Positions 1 through 63,519 of a DNA stretch of 64,000 bases are shown here, one piece after another. Source of the stretch: Octopus vulgaris (Eukaryota); assembly GCA_951406725.2 (NCBI GenBank), contig OX597819.1, positions 37,820,001 through 37,884,000 of the forward strand. The letters are read 5' to 3'. The notes under the pieces are model-generated. The model saw only the letters and a list, made by a program, of their open reading frames with translations, did not search any database and had not been told where the DNA came from. Made by a program: the position numbers and the translations under genes. How positions within the stretch are numbered: the first letter of the stretch is position 1; every line of letters starts with the position of its first letter.

Positions 1-464
1 CTTGATACTTCCTATTTACACATGACTGGTTTATGGCATTGACCTTCCATATGCAAAGTATTTCCTTTCTTCTGCTCAAAGTCTGTGACTACTATTCTTT
101 TGTATTTCTGATTAGTCAGATAGACAAACACTCCTTCAACAACAGCTGAATTTACACCAATTGAGTTGTGCCTGCTGACTTCAGGAACTATGCATTAACT
201 TTATACTGGAGGGAACAAAATTAGAAATAGCACATAATAATCTCTATCATAGCATCTACTAATTAGCAATTATCATTTCCCAGTCTGAAAAAAGAGAATG
301 AATGGACATCTCAGGTCAGTATTAGGGTATTCAGCACCCTGGGCTAGTCGTACAGAGTGCTCTCTAATTCTCTCTGAATACTGCCAAAAGCTTTGAGCAT
401 TCAAGATTCATCCATTGGTGACTTTATGGATTTCTTCCTTCCTGAGCTACTGAACCTTTTGGGT

Positions 465-1305
465 GCAGATAAATGGAGATCTCTCCGTGGAGATGAATGC
501 ATGCAGCGACATGCACCAGGAGTCGGTGCTGAGGCCAATACTTTTCCTTCCCTATATCAACGACCTGCCAGATTTTCTTGACAGAAGAGTTCTCCTATTT
601 GCAGACGATGTCAAACTTGGCTCACCTAGGAATCGATACGACATACTCCAATCATCACTGAACCGAGCTTGAAATTGGGCAGAAGAATGGAATCTGAACT
701 TGATCGCCTCAGAATGCAGCCATTTGCCAATAGGTTCACCTCCATACTCTCCCTTGACTATTGGCCACAAACATCAACATCTTAAGATGGTCACTGAAGA
801 AAAGGATCTCAGCATAATGATCGATACTACTTTCAAACTACCACGGCAGGGTATCGAGGCGGCGAACAAAGCCAGAAGGAATCTTTTCCTCATCCACTGA
901 TCCTTTGCTAACCTTTCAATGGACGTCTTTTGGCCTGTATATATCACTCTAGTTCGACCCATCCTCGAATATTGTATGCATACCTCAAACTCATATCTCC
1001 AGAAAGACATTCAGCACCTGGAGCGGGTTCAGCACTGGGCCACCCAAATGGGCACAGGCTTGTCTAAGCTTGCATAAGGGGAACATCTCCAATGGCTGGC
1101 ATTGCCTTCACTCAAACGACGGAGGATGCAGGGAGATCTCATCCAACTTTCAACATCTTCAACGGACATGTAAACCTATCATTTGCGGAGATTTTCACCC
1201 CTGCGCCTGATAGAAGTCTTCGTGGGCATGATCGCAAATTCTATCCTCAACACTTTCGTTTCAACAGGCGGAAGGCCGCATTCTCTGTCCGTATTACAGT
1301 CCCAT
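465..1305 (+). mobile_element. CR1/L2-clade LINE ORF2 3' fragment (decayed)
   Basis: QESVLRPILFLPYINDLP..LLFADDVKL (RT), EKDLSIMID, TLVRPILEYC, LRGHDRK..RFNRRKAAFSVRI motifs, broken by stops and frameshifts. Confidence 0.85.
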
Positions 1306-1329
1306 GCATAATCCAAGCGAATTCTTTGA

Positions 1330-2020
1330 TCCCACAACTTAAGTGCAGAGACACAACTTAAAATTAATGTCATGGAAGTTGATATACTAGCGGCTATTAA
1401 TGATTTAGACCCAAACTCAGCATCTGTACCAAATAGTATTCCAGTTATATTGCTAAAAAACATGCCAGAGGAGCTCCACCCTCCTGTCGTGAAGGGAAGA
1501 AAGAAAAACGGGTGTCCTGAAACCCCTTCAGTGGGATGTGTGCCACCAGAGGGGGTGAAAAATATGACCTCGCCGGTGGGATGTGTGCCACTGGGTGAGG
1601 GAGTTGAGGCCCCTCCCAGTGAAGGTAGGAAGAAATGTATGTTCTGCTATCTCAAGGGAAGGGCTATTGTCGGTTTTGTCGAAAATAAGATGGACAGTCA
1701 GATCCTAAGGGAACTGAATTGCATTGACAGCTCAGAGTGGCCTTTGCAGGTGGCTGCTCTGGTGCTGGAAAGAAAATAATGCAATATGATAATTGACTCG
1801 TGTGGAGGCGAGATTTTCAGAATGCTCCATTGGAACTCCTGATTTTGGTGGAAACAGTGCCTGCAAGTTGCCCGAGATTTGCTGGCGGAGGAAGTGTAGA
1901 GATTTATTGCCTCTAATTGGTGTATAAATTGTATTTTGATTGTATGGACTGTTGGTTCAAAGAAATTATATTTTTTGTAAGAGTCATTACTTCAGTTTAT
2001 GTATTTTTTTTTTAAAAAAA
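1330..2020 (+). mobile_element. Chimeric LINE-derived fragments
   Basis: DILAAINDLDPNSASVPNSIPVILLK resembles the pre-RT (PGPDG-type) region. It is fused to a GC-richer ORF end with GTGGGATGTGTGCCAC repeated at 1531 and 1576. Confidence 0.4.
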
Positions 2021-2169
2021 ATGTTTTAAAGAAGCAGAGGGTCGGCAGGCACCTTCTGCCTTCTCCCATTTTTATCATTTTCCATCATAATCATCCGCTT
2101 CATTAATGTTTATGTCTAGCCCACCATCTACTCTGTGTAATGCCTTTATGGCAAATTTCTATGAAATAA

Positions 2170-2702
2170 AGTAGCTTGCTTACCAGCTGCATGGTTCTGG
2201 GTTCATTCACACTGTGTGGCACCTTGGGCAAGTATTTTCTACTATAGCCTCGGGCCGACCAAAGCCTTGTGAGTGGATTTGGTAGACGGAAACTGAAAGA
2301 AGCCCGTCGTATATATGTATATATATATATATATATATAAAGGGAAAGTTTATGAAAATAAACAAAAGACAAAGGCAGGTGGAGTACAAACAAACAAATG
2401 TATTAGTATAGCGCTCAGGAATAGAAAAAGTCTTTTACATTTCGAGCCTACGCTCTTCGACAGAAAGATACACAGAAAAAAACAAGGAGATGTTTGGGTG
2501 TCTGTGTTTGTCCCTTCCTCAACATCGCTTGACAACCGATGCTGGTGTGTTTACGTCCCCGTAACTTAGCAGTTTGGCAAAAGAGAACAAAAGAATAAGT
2601 ACTAGGCTTGCAAAGAATAAGTCCTGGGATTGATTTGCTTGACTAAAAGGCGGTGATCCAGCATGGCCGCAGTCAAATGACTGAAACAAGTAAAAGATAA
2701 AG
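2170..2702 (+). mobile_element. tRNA-derived Octopus-type SINE (family A) with a nested ~150-bp insert in its (TA)n
   Basis: Same sequence as 16875-17286; foreign segment at about 2340-2490; (AAAGAT)n tail. Confidence 0.85.
2431..2468 (-). ncRNA. Minimal type I hammerhead-like motif (A6U core variant) in a Penelope-type fragment
   Basis: Minus strand: UCUUU-CUGUCGA-A-GAGC(GUAG)GCUC-GAAA-UGUA-AAAGA; stem I 5 bp, stem II 4 bp. Confidence 0.55.
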
Positions 2703-2715
2703 ATATATATATATA

Positions 2716-3076
2716 CTAGCACTATGACCCAGTAATGCCAGGTCATAGTGCTAGTGCATGCATATACAGCTGTGTGCGTGTGCACATACACACGAGTACT
2801 GTCCAAATCTCTAACCAATCACATACAGCTACCTGGCATTCAATTGGCGTATCAAGTTTCAGGCATTTTGATTGGGTTTTGGATAGAAAATTCACAAAAA
2901 TGTCACTTCTATTGATTTTTTAATGGCTTTGCGGGGTGACTGGGGAAATGTAAAGATGTGCACGACAACCCTTGGACAGTTTTGAATGACCATAGAAAGT
3001 GCGAGCCCTCTAACTGAAAAATAGTGGATTTGTATAAAGAACACACACACAAGCATTTTGCCGTTTATATATATAT
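2716..3076 (-). mobile_element. Non-autonomous Helitron
   Basis: Reverse-complement copy of 47768-48131; CTAG 3' end with hairpin. Confidence 0.75.
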
Positions 3077-3824
3077 CAATGTATTTGTTAGCAGGCTAGT
3101 TTCATTCATTATTGGAATCAACCAGATAGATCTATCAGGTGCAAACATGGCTGTGTGGCTGAGAAATTTGTTTTGCAACCACATGGTCTCAGGCTCAGTC
3201 CTACTGTGTGGAACATCGGGCAAGTAGCTTCTACTTTATCTCTGAGCTAACCAAAGATTCTGAGTGGATTTGCTCAATGGAAACTGAAAGAGGTCCATGG
3301 TGTGTGTTTGTATCTCCTAACCTTGACATAGCACAACTGCAATGGCATTCATTTTCCAATATTCTGAAAAAACATGCTTGGCCATAGGGAAATATCATCT
3401 TGAATGGAAAAAGGTGAGGGTTGCCAGCAGGAAGGGCATCCAGACAGAAGAAATCTCCCTCTATAAAACTCTATCTGACCCATACAAGCATGGAAAAGTG
3501 TTCATTAAAATGATGACGATGATGATTGTGTGTGTGTGTGTCAGAAAATAAAATAACAGCAAGTGAATTTTGTTTAGTAGTTTTTAAACAAGAAAAACGT
3601 ATTATACTTTCTAATGTAAGGGAAATGATTATAAAGGTAAATCGAGAAATAGAATAGGAACTTTAAAATAATCCAGTCCAGATCTTGGGGATGCAGCAGA
3701 ACTTTTTATTATTTCATTTTTGTATTCTTCGAAATTCCGTCGAGTCATGTTCGATCGATATTTTTTTCATCCGTCTTCAGGTGCATTGTAAAGCATGTTG
3801 TTGCAAATTGTAAATGATAAAATA

Positions 3825-4196
3825 TTCTATATTATTTACATTTGACGGATATTTGTCCTCATCTTGTTTGTTGTTAACAACGTTTTGGCTGATATATCCT
3901 CCAGCCTTCTGCAGGTGTCTTGGGGGAAATTTCGAACCTGGATTCTCATTCCTAAGGTATTTTTCGATGTTTTTATTCTTCCTCTTCTTCTTATTATTAT
4001 TCAGGTCACTGCTCGGAATCGAACTCGGAATCTTAGGGTTAATAGCCCGCGCTCTTAACCACTACGCCAAATGCACCTGATGAAGGCTGGAGGGTATATC
4101 AGCCGAAATGTTGCGTTAACAACAAACAAAATAAGGACGAATATCTATCAAATGTAAATAATGTACATAATTCCTCATCTCTTAAATATAGTACTG
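3825..4196 (-). mobile_element. tRNA-headed SINE-like element with a Penelope-type hammerhead end and an inverted copy of that end
   Basis: TSD GATAAAATA (3816-3824 / 4197-4205). Inverted arms 3831-3917 / 4074-4162. Minus-strand A box TGGCGTAGTGG (4059-4069) and B box GAGTTCGATTCC (4015-4026). Confidence 0.8.
4072..4116 (+). ncRNA. Minimal type I hammerhead ribozyme motif (slightly decayed)
   Basis: CAC-CUGAUGA-A-GGCUGG(AGGGUAUA)UCAGCC-GAAA-UGUU-GCG; a second, more mutated copy lies on the minus strand at about 3875-3919. Confidence 0.65.
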
Positions 4197-4745
4197 GATA
4201 AAATAGTTTGCTTGTTAAATTATTTCTTATTCCATAAAAATCAAGACAATGTTATGAACACTTGATAAAGATGCATTGGCAAAATAGAGCATTGGACAAA
4301 TGCTTTGCGATGTATTGTTATGACTTTTTCCTTCTGTGTTCAAATCGTGCCTTTTATTTATGTGATGGTTGGGTCTACAAATATGTCCCAGCAGAATAAT
4401 GAGGTCAGTCTAATCGACTACATTCACTCTCCGAATACTCGTATACTAGCCCTGACTAAAACTGGAGGTATTTAGATCAACTCTTTACATACTGAGTTCA
4501 GACGGGGTGAGATCAATTTTCATTCTTACGAAAATCGGTAATATAAAGTAATCAGTCCAGTACAAAAGTCGATTTACATTCCTTTTTTGCATCTTAGATA
4601 TGAATGGAATAATAAATTGCAGAAGATGAAAACGCCTTATTTTGAATTCAGTACGAAAGCACGGCGCACAATTGTGTAATGTTGATATTCGATCGATGCT
4701 GTCTTTACTGAATGTTAAATCACGTGTCATAATTGTCGGGCAGCC

Positions 4746-56063
<51,318 letters not shown>

Positions 56064-58580
56064 TCAAATGAAAGATCTTTTGAAAATATGGACATATATA
56101 TGAAAAATTTATATTCTGAACAAAAAGCCCCTTTTCCCCCTCTGTCTTTTCTACTTCATGGTGAATTCATTATCATGTAGTTTCCAAAATTCTCTCTTCA
56201 TGAATAATTTCTAAGCAACCTGTGTTCCAGATTCCTGCAGCAAAGGTAACAGCAATAAACACCAACGTTTCTCCTAATATTTTTTAACCCTGCTGTTGAA
56301 CCTGAACATAATTATGTCCTCTGGTGGTCATTGTATATAACAAACCAAGGTGTTCACTCTGTATATAAAAGTTTCTTCTCTTTCCAACAAAGAAGGTTTG
56401 GGGGCAGGGTCTAGTGTTGGAGGATAGTGATAATACTGATAGGTGTAGTGGTGGCAGCAGTGTAAGTGGTGTTTTGGTTATTATTGGAAGGGTTTGTTGT
56501 TACAGTTTGTGTCAGAAAATATTAACTGCTTTTGCTACTAGATGGGTTATTTTTCATTTTACTTTCGCTTTTGAAACTAATGGAAATTAAACCACACCAG
56601 AATGCTTTTGCTGTTAGCTGTGATTTTTTTTTTCTTCTCCAAATCCATCTATGAAATTAAGTGCAATTTATTTCATGTTAGGGAAACTGGTTTGGGTTTT
56701 TTTTTTAATTTTGTCTTAAAAAGGATCTTTTTTTTTTAATGAAGAAAATATTTTTGTTAGCTTATCACCACTGCTGCCCCCACATCTTTGATCCTTCCAT
56801 TTTTGTCATTGCCCAACTGAAATCTAAATTGGCCATATTCTTCATTAAGGAAGCACCTGTTTCCATGACAACATACTAATAAGCATCATAAGCCTTTATT
56901 GTTATTGTCACATTTAAAGAAGAAATGTATTGTCTTCAAAGATAAAAGATTTTAATGTTGCTTTGGCTTAATTTAAAAAAAAAAAAATTTAGTTCATGTA
57001 ATGAAAAAGGAGCCAAAACTTTGTGAATAACCTACTTGTTAAAGTACAAAGAGGTGTGCATCATTCTCTGTGACTTAAGTACAGTTTTCATTCTATTTTC
57101 TTTACTTTTTAATGATTTTTTTCTTTTTGGTTGATCATTTCTTAAAATTTCTTTACAAAATCAGTAAATTAGTTCGACATTTTTTGTGTCATTAAAGTAA
57201 ATTGATCCATCGACCATTACTAACCTCTCCCTGCATACAGTCTCTCTCTGTTTCTTGTTATTTATCCTCTTGCGGAATCTTTGGTCACTCTTCCAGGACT
57301 TCATTCTAAAAGTGATTACCTGACAATTATTCAACAAAGTTAGATATTTTACTGAAATAAAAATTTTTTGTAATAATTTTAATTTTTTTTTTTTCATTTT
57401 ATTTTAATAAAGATACATATGTAAAAAAAATGTTCCTTGGAACACTTTAAAGTAGGAAGGATGTAAATTCTATTGAAAAACTGTTCTGTACACTTAACAT
57501 CATTTTAAAACATTGATGTATGATTTTGGGGAGATGGGGTGAAAATGACACAATCAAAAATGCCATTTTGGTTAAATCAAGAAGTGTGATGGTGGTAGTA
57601 ATAATAAATGTTACTTAAGTAAATAAAAAAAAAATCATTAAAAAAAAAATTTATTTTTCTAAACTCTCTACAGAGCTAGAAGTGCTTTTGTCAATCATTT
57701 CACTATTTTATTCAATAAGTTGGGCTGTGTAAATTCCTCTGAGGTTCTGTTCTACATTTCTGCTGGTTCATTTTCGTTAAAGAAAATATTAGTGAATCAG
57801 TTGTAAAGGTGTTATGGAATAGGGAAGTAAAATTCATTCGAATATGTCATAACCTTGTAATCTTTTCTAGTTGTATTAATTTAATTATAAATTAATGTAA
57901 TTAGAAAACACATGCACATGTTTGTATAGACACACAGATTTTTGCCATGGTCTGAATTCTATAACAAAAAGATATGTGAATTACTCATGTGGAGGAATTA
58001 ATTGAATGAAAAGCTTGCTCCGGACTAATTTTATTATTTCCAAAATTTTAGATTTTTTTGTTAATTTCACTCTAATTGCTCAATAATTTCTCTGCTACCA
58101 CCTCCACAACCTTTAGATTTAAAAAATTTTTTTTTCTGTGTATTTTTCAAGGTTATGTTTCTAGTCACAAGTGCTGCTTGAAATTAAAACACAAATGAGT
58201 AACTAAGATGTGTGAGATATTTATCAAAAGGCAGCTTTATTATGCAGCAGAAAACATATTTTCAATCTTTATCCCTCCCAATGATGGTAAGAGAAATTGG
58301 AAGAAGAAAAAAAAAAAACAAGAAGCACTAATGAAATAAAAGCAATTAAAGAAAAAAAAAAGAAATGAAAATATTGGCTTGTCCTGTTTTTGTTTCATAT
58401 TCCTTTCACTAATTTGAAGTTTTATTCGTTTTTATTTCTTTACTTTTCATCACATATTTTTGTATTTGAAAAACAGTTTTCTTTGTAGATTCTTATAAGT
58501 ATTTTTTCCTCTCTCTCAAACCTGTTTGTTGCTGTTCAACTTCAGGTTAACCATGTATCGGCAGATTCATGTCTTTTATT
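56064..58580 (+). other. Probable SNX6 3' UTR (end uncertain)
   Basis: U-rich tract with no recognisable TE after the stop codon; several AATAAA signals (e.g. 56254, 57356, 57406, 58334); ends at the first Helitron. Confidence 0.55.
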
Positions 58581-58586
58581 TAAACA

Positions 58587-58969
58587 CTAGCAGTATTGCC
58601 CGGCGTTGCTCGGGTTTGTAAGGGAAATAACTATAAAGCATTTTTAGAGTTATAGCCAAAAAATAGCAAAAAAATGGGGGGAAAATTATGGTAAATTTTT
58701 TTTGAGAGTTAAAAAGGTCGAGTTGCGTCCCCTAGACATTCTGTGGTTTGTGTTTCTGATTCTCGACCCCATGTCGAATTTATCGATTTTTTTTCAGAAC
58801 TGGGGGAACTTTTCAAAATTTTCGCTGCGTTAGTTTTGAATTATGACATTGGGCTATGTGTGTGTCAAGTTTCATCAGAATCGGTTGAAAGCCGTGGTCA
58901 GGGTGAGGGTACAAGCAAACAGACACACAGAAACATGCACAGACAAACTGCCGTTTATATAGAGAGAGA
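58587..58969 (-). mobile_element. Non-autonomous Helitron
   Basis: Minus strand A|TCTCTCTCTATATAAACGGCAG...CCCGAGCAACGCCGGG-CAATACTGCTAG|T. Confidence 0.85.
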
Positions 58970-59203
58970 TACAATTTATGTCAAAACATGGAACATAAAA
59001 GTGATAAGTACACTTTTTTAAGGTGATAGTGTGATTTGTGGATGATTTAGTTTCATATAAGGCTCCCCACCTTTTTAATGAAAAATTCAATACAGGCAAT
59101 TTCACTGTATTGTTAACCTTAATTACATTTTCTATGTGTATGTATGGATGTATATGTCTGTGTGTATATAGACACATGAGATTAATACTGTGCTGTGTAT
59201 ATA

Positions 59204-60090
59204 TCTATATATATAAAACTCAGCTTGTGTGTCTGTGTGTTTAACTTACCGGCACATCTCCTAGCCAACAAATCGTAGAACCATCAAAAATGGGTCACTT
59301 AAAGTTTAGGCGAATGAAAATTGAACTGCGCTATTTCTGTTCCGAAATTCATCTCGCAAGTGCAAAAATTGATAATGTCTTTGTTTAGGCCTTATCCCAT
59401 GCATTGAATAGTGAACTTCACTCAGTCAGCTGTTTGACGTGAACTGTGTTCACCATGCATGCAAGTATGCGTAAATTGCATGAAAAATAAAAAAATGATA
59501 TAAAAACGAATCGCCGTAAGCATTGTAGAAATTCGACAAAGAAATGAATTTTCAGGATGTAGCCTGGAGGGTTTTTTCGTATTAATTGTTTGGACTTTGT
59601 GAATACATACCAATTGTTTTCATAACATTTTTAACGCTTTGAATTAAATGTGACCATTTTGCATTGAGTCTGCAGTTTGAATCACTTTAACCAAATTTTA
59701 GCAGGCCGGATTTTTGATCATCACGATACATTGCCAGCGACTCCCTGAAACTCTCCCCTGAAATCCCCGTTGAGAAATACTGATCTAAAAGAATAATTCA
59801 ACAATGCAATTATTTGATCAACAAAAATTTATGAAACACTTCTACATACTTCCTATTGAGGAAATGGAACACATAAGCGCAAAAATAGAGGGCATTAAAT
59901 GCTTGATTTTAAAACCAAAGTAATTGAATTTTGATTGAACTTCATCCATGTTTAGCTTAATTCGCGCGTGCATAGAAAGCATGAGCTCACATACGTACAT
60001 TGTGTAAGAAAGTATTGATTTTGCACTCGCAGATTAATCGATTTTCCTCAGTGCAATTAATAGTCACACAAAGACGGGCAATACTGCTAG
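59204..60090 (+). mobile_element. Non-autonomous Helitron
   Basis: A|TCTATATATATAAAAC...CGGGCAATACTGCTAG|T; same 16-nt 3' end as the copy at 58587. Confidence 0.8.
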
Positions 60091-60299
60091 TAAATATATA
60101 AGACTAATACCATGATGTGTAGTCACTCTACCTTTCTTACTGGTCAACTTATTTACCCTACTTTCATACCCTCTTCCCTCTCTCCTTGTTGGCCCTTAAT
60201 TTGGATGTTGTATGGGATTGAGGAAATTGTAATTCATTAAATAAACTATGTACCAAAGCTTTATGCTACCTGGCAAGTGTTTGCACAGATCTTCTTTCC

Positions 60300-62345
60300 A
60301 GGTGCTCACAAAAGTCCTACAATGACTGCCTTCCCACTGTCACTCCCAAGTAAAAAAAAAAGTTTATGGCCACTACCATCAACATTGGCACGATGAAAGG
60401 TAGGTCTGGCATGATTATTGAAATGCTGGAGTATTGCCATATCGTGTGTAGTGAGCAAGAAGTAAAATGGAAGTAGGTTTCTGCTAGATTTCTCACTGGT
60501 AAGAAACAGGTTCAAATTCTTCTGGGTAGGCAGGGGTGATGGAGTGGGAGCTGTAGACATACTCTTAGCAGAAAAGTAGGTATTGAGGTAGTCAATATAT
60601 GATAGGGTTATTAAGCTGAGACTTACCTAAGTTATATTTATCTCTCCCTCTGCTCCAGTCTGGGCTGGTTGATGACCAGGACCAATCTTACGAAGTTCTT
60701 CTACAGACTACCTCAGTGGCAGAGACTTGGTTATTGTGGCTGGTGACTTTAATGGTCATGTTGCACAGCATTCCCATGGTATGCATGGTGGTTATATCTT
60801 TGGTCTTAAGAATGAGGAGGGAACAAGGCTGCTGGAGTTCTGTGATGTAAATGATCTCATGATCTGCAACACTAACTTCAGAAAACCAGCCAGTCACCTA
60901 ATCACTTATCAGTTTAGTGGGTACATAAGCCAGATCGATTACCTCCTCTCTAGATAACAAGATAGGCAAATGCAGTCTTCTCAGGTGACAAGTGTACAAC
61001 CCAAAATAGGTTACTAGTTAGTGACTTCAGAATTAGAGGTAGAAAGACTTGGAGAAATAAACCATTCTGGAAAAGATTATGGAAGCTCAAAGACCCAGCA
61101 AACCAACAGGCATTTAGAGAAAGGAGCGGGTAGGGACATATAGCTTTGCGGACAATTGGAAGTTCCTGTGAGACAATCTACTGAGGGCTATAGATCAAAT
61201 TTGGCTTGTGCAAAGCCCCAGCTAGGATGAGGGTAGTGGAACAATGAGGTAGACTGCTATAAAAACAAAGAGACAGGACTGGAAAAACGGTGGGAGCAGA
61301 GAATTACATGAGGTAGCCAGAAGGGAAGATATTTGCCAATGTTCTACAGCATGAGTTGATCAGGATTGCAAAGCAGTGTATTGGAATAGAGATGTGGTGG
61401 GTAAGAAATGTATGTGAATGGAGAATGGTATGCTTGTACATAGTGACTTAGAGAAGAAAGATGGATGGATGTGCTACTATGTGGAAAATGCATGGGAAAT
61501 ATCAAACCAATTGAGGGACCAACAGTATAATAGATAAAGCAATTAAGGATTTGAAGACAGAAAACCCCTGAACCATCTGGAGTCACTGCTGAGATGATTA
61601 AAATATCTGGCAGTGTAGGATACAGCTTAGTTACTCATAGTTTATTAGGTTATTCAGAAAGGCATCCTCCCCAATGACTGGTGTAGTAGTATTATAGTTA
61701 GTTGCTACAAGGGTAAAGGTAATGCCTAAGATAGAAATAACTAGAGGTATCAAACTGCTGGACTGGATCATGAAAATTACAGAGAGTTATAGCTCAATTG
61801 ATTAGAAATAGAATTAAACTAGATTAGATACAGTTTGGTTTTGTACCCGAGAAGAGTACCACAGATAACATTTTCCTCATGAGATTACTGCAGGAAAAGT
61901 ATATAGCCAAAAGTAAGCCATCCTGGAGAAAGCTTTTGACAGAATCCCCAGTTCTGTCATCTGGTGGTCTCTAAGGAAATTAGGAGCAGAGGAGTGGCAT
62001 GTTAGAGCCATACATGCTATGTACAGTGGTGCTGTCAGTAAGGTGAGAATCGGCCATGAATACAGTGATAAATTTAGCATATAAGTAGGGGTTCACTAGA
62101 TATCAGTTCTTAGAGTCTTTCAAGCTATAACAAAGAAATTCAAAACTGGATGCCTGTGGAGACTTTTTTAATGCCAAATCTGTAGCGAAAATGGAGAAGA
62201 AATTCCAGGTATGGAAACAAAACTTGGAGACAAAGGACATTAAAGTTGACCTAGCAAAGACCGAAGATGTTGTTAGCAAGAGAGTTGATAAGACTCTCTC
62301 TTCCCATCAGATAAATGGCCCTGCTCAATATGTAGGAAAGGAGTT
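60300..62345 (+). mobile_element. Decayed RTE LINE (APE endonuclease + RT)
   Basis: VAGDFNGHV, NEEGTRLLEFC..L.ICNTNFRK, SQIDYLL (APE); RGIKLLD, QFGFVPEKSTTDNIF, LEKAFDRIP (RT); many stops and frameshifts. Confidence 0.9.
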
Positions 62346-63519
62346 CTAGAAGCTCTGTGTGTTCCACCTACCCATAACAATAAAATTTTTCACACACCCT
62401 ACCCCAACAAGCCAAACTACATCTCTTCTCACAAACTGCATATCTTCTTCACATTTCCTCTTTCATGCACTATAATTATCTTTCACTGCCCAGCTCACTG
62501 TATCATTGCTATCCCGTAATCCCCCACCTCCTCTATATACCCAGGTTCTCACCAGTCAAGACATACCCCATTCACACTTCTTTGTCAATACCATGTCACT
62601 TATATTATGACCTCCATATCTTGAGAGTATGCCCTGGCATTTGCCACCGGCTATTTCTCTCTTCCTTTACCACCCCATCAATGCTCTGATCCCCATTCCT
62701 TGTGAGTATGCCCTGGTACTTCACCACCATCCCTCCCCTGCACTCTCTTTCTCTTGCTCTTTCCCCAGGCTGGGTAACCATATATCTCCTTTACAGCTGG
62801 ATACCTGTTTCTCTTCTCATTCTTGTTAACTCTCCCCACTGCTTCTCTCTGTCTCTCTAGCTAGGTGATCATGTATCTCCTCTACAGCAAGACACCTGTT
62901 TTTGTCTCTCTGTCACACTCTATCCTTTCATCATCTGACACAAGATCACCTCAAATATCTCCTCCCTTCTCAAACATTCCTTGTCTTGCAAGTTACTTGG
63001 CAACCCTGCCAGTGCTGGTGCTATGTAAAAAGCATCCAGTCCATACTGTAGAGTAGTTGGCATTTGGAAGGGCATCGAGCTATAAAGACTTTGCCAAAAC
63101 TGACTTCACCTATGCTCGTGCCATGTAAAAAGCACTCAGCCCATTCTACTAAGTGGTTGGTGTTAGGAAGGGCATCCAACTGTAAAAACCATGCCAAAAC
63201 AGACACAGAAGTCTGGTGGTCTCCTGCCTGGCCAGCTCCTGTCAAACTGTCCAATGCATGCTAGCGTGGAAGGTGGACGTTAAATGATAATAATGACTGT
63301 AACTGTAGATGTAATAAATACCATTTTTTTTAGTGATTGGTTCATGTAGAGGAAATTCTGATGTCAGCAAATCCTGATGAAATCAATGATCGCTGAGTAT
63401 TTTGAGAGGGAAAGGAAAGCCCTAGGCCATATTCTTTTACTCGTTTCAGCTATTTTATTATTATTTTTTTTTATTTTTAGTTTCGGCTCAGAGCTGCAGC
63501 CATGCTGATATACCACCGT

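Noticed and set aside
3740-3784. Minus-strand GCAC-CTGAAGA near the hammerhead element
   Set aside because: No stem II or GAAA in register.
4485-4730. 81-aa minus-strand ORF head-to-head with SNX6, as a divergent gene
   Set aside because: No recognisable domain, no downstream exons found, and its length is expected by chance.
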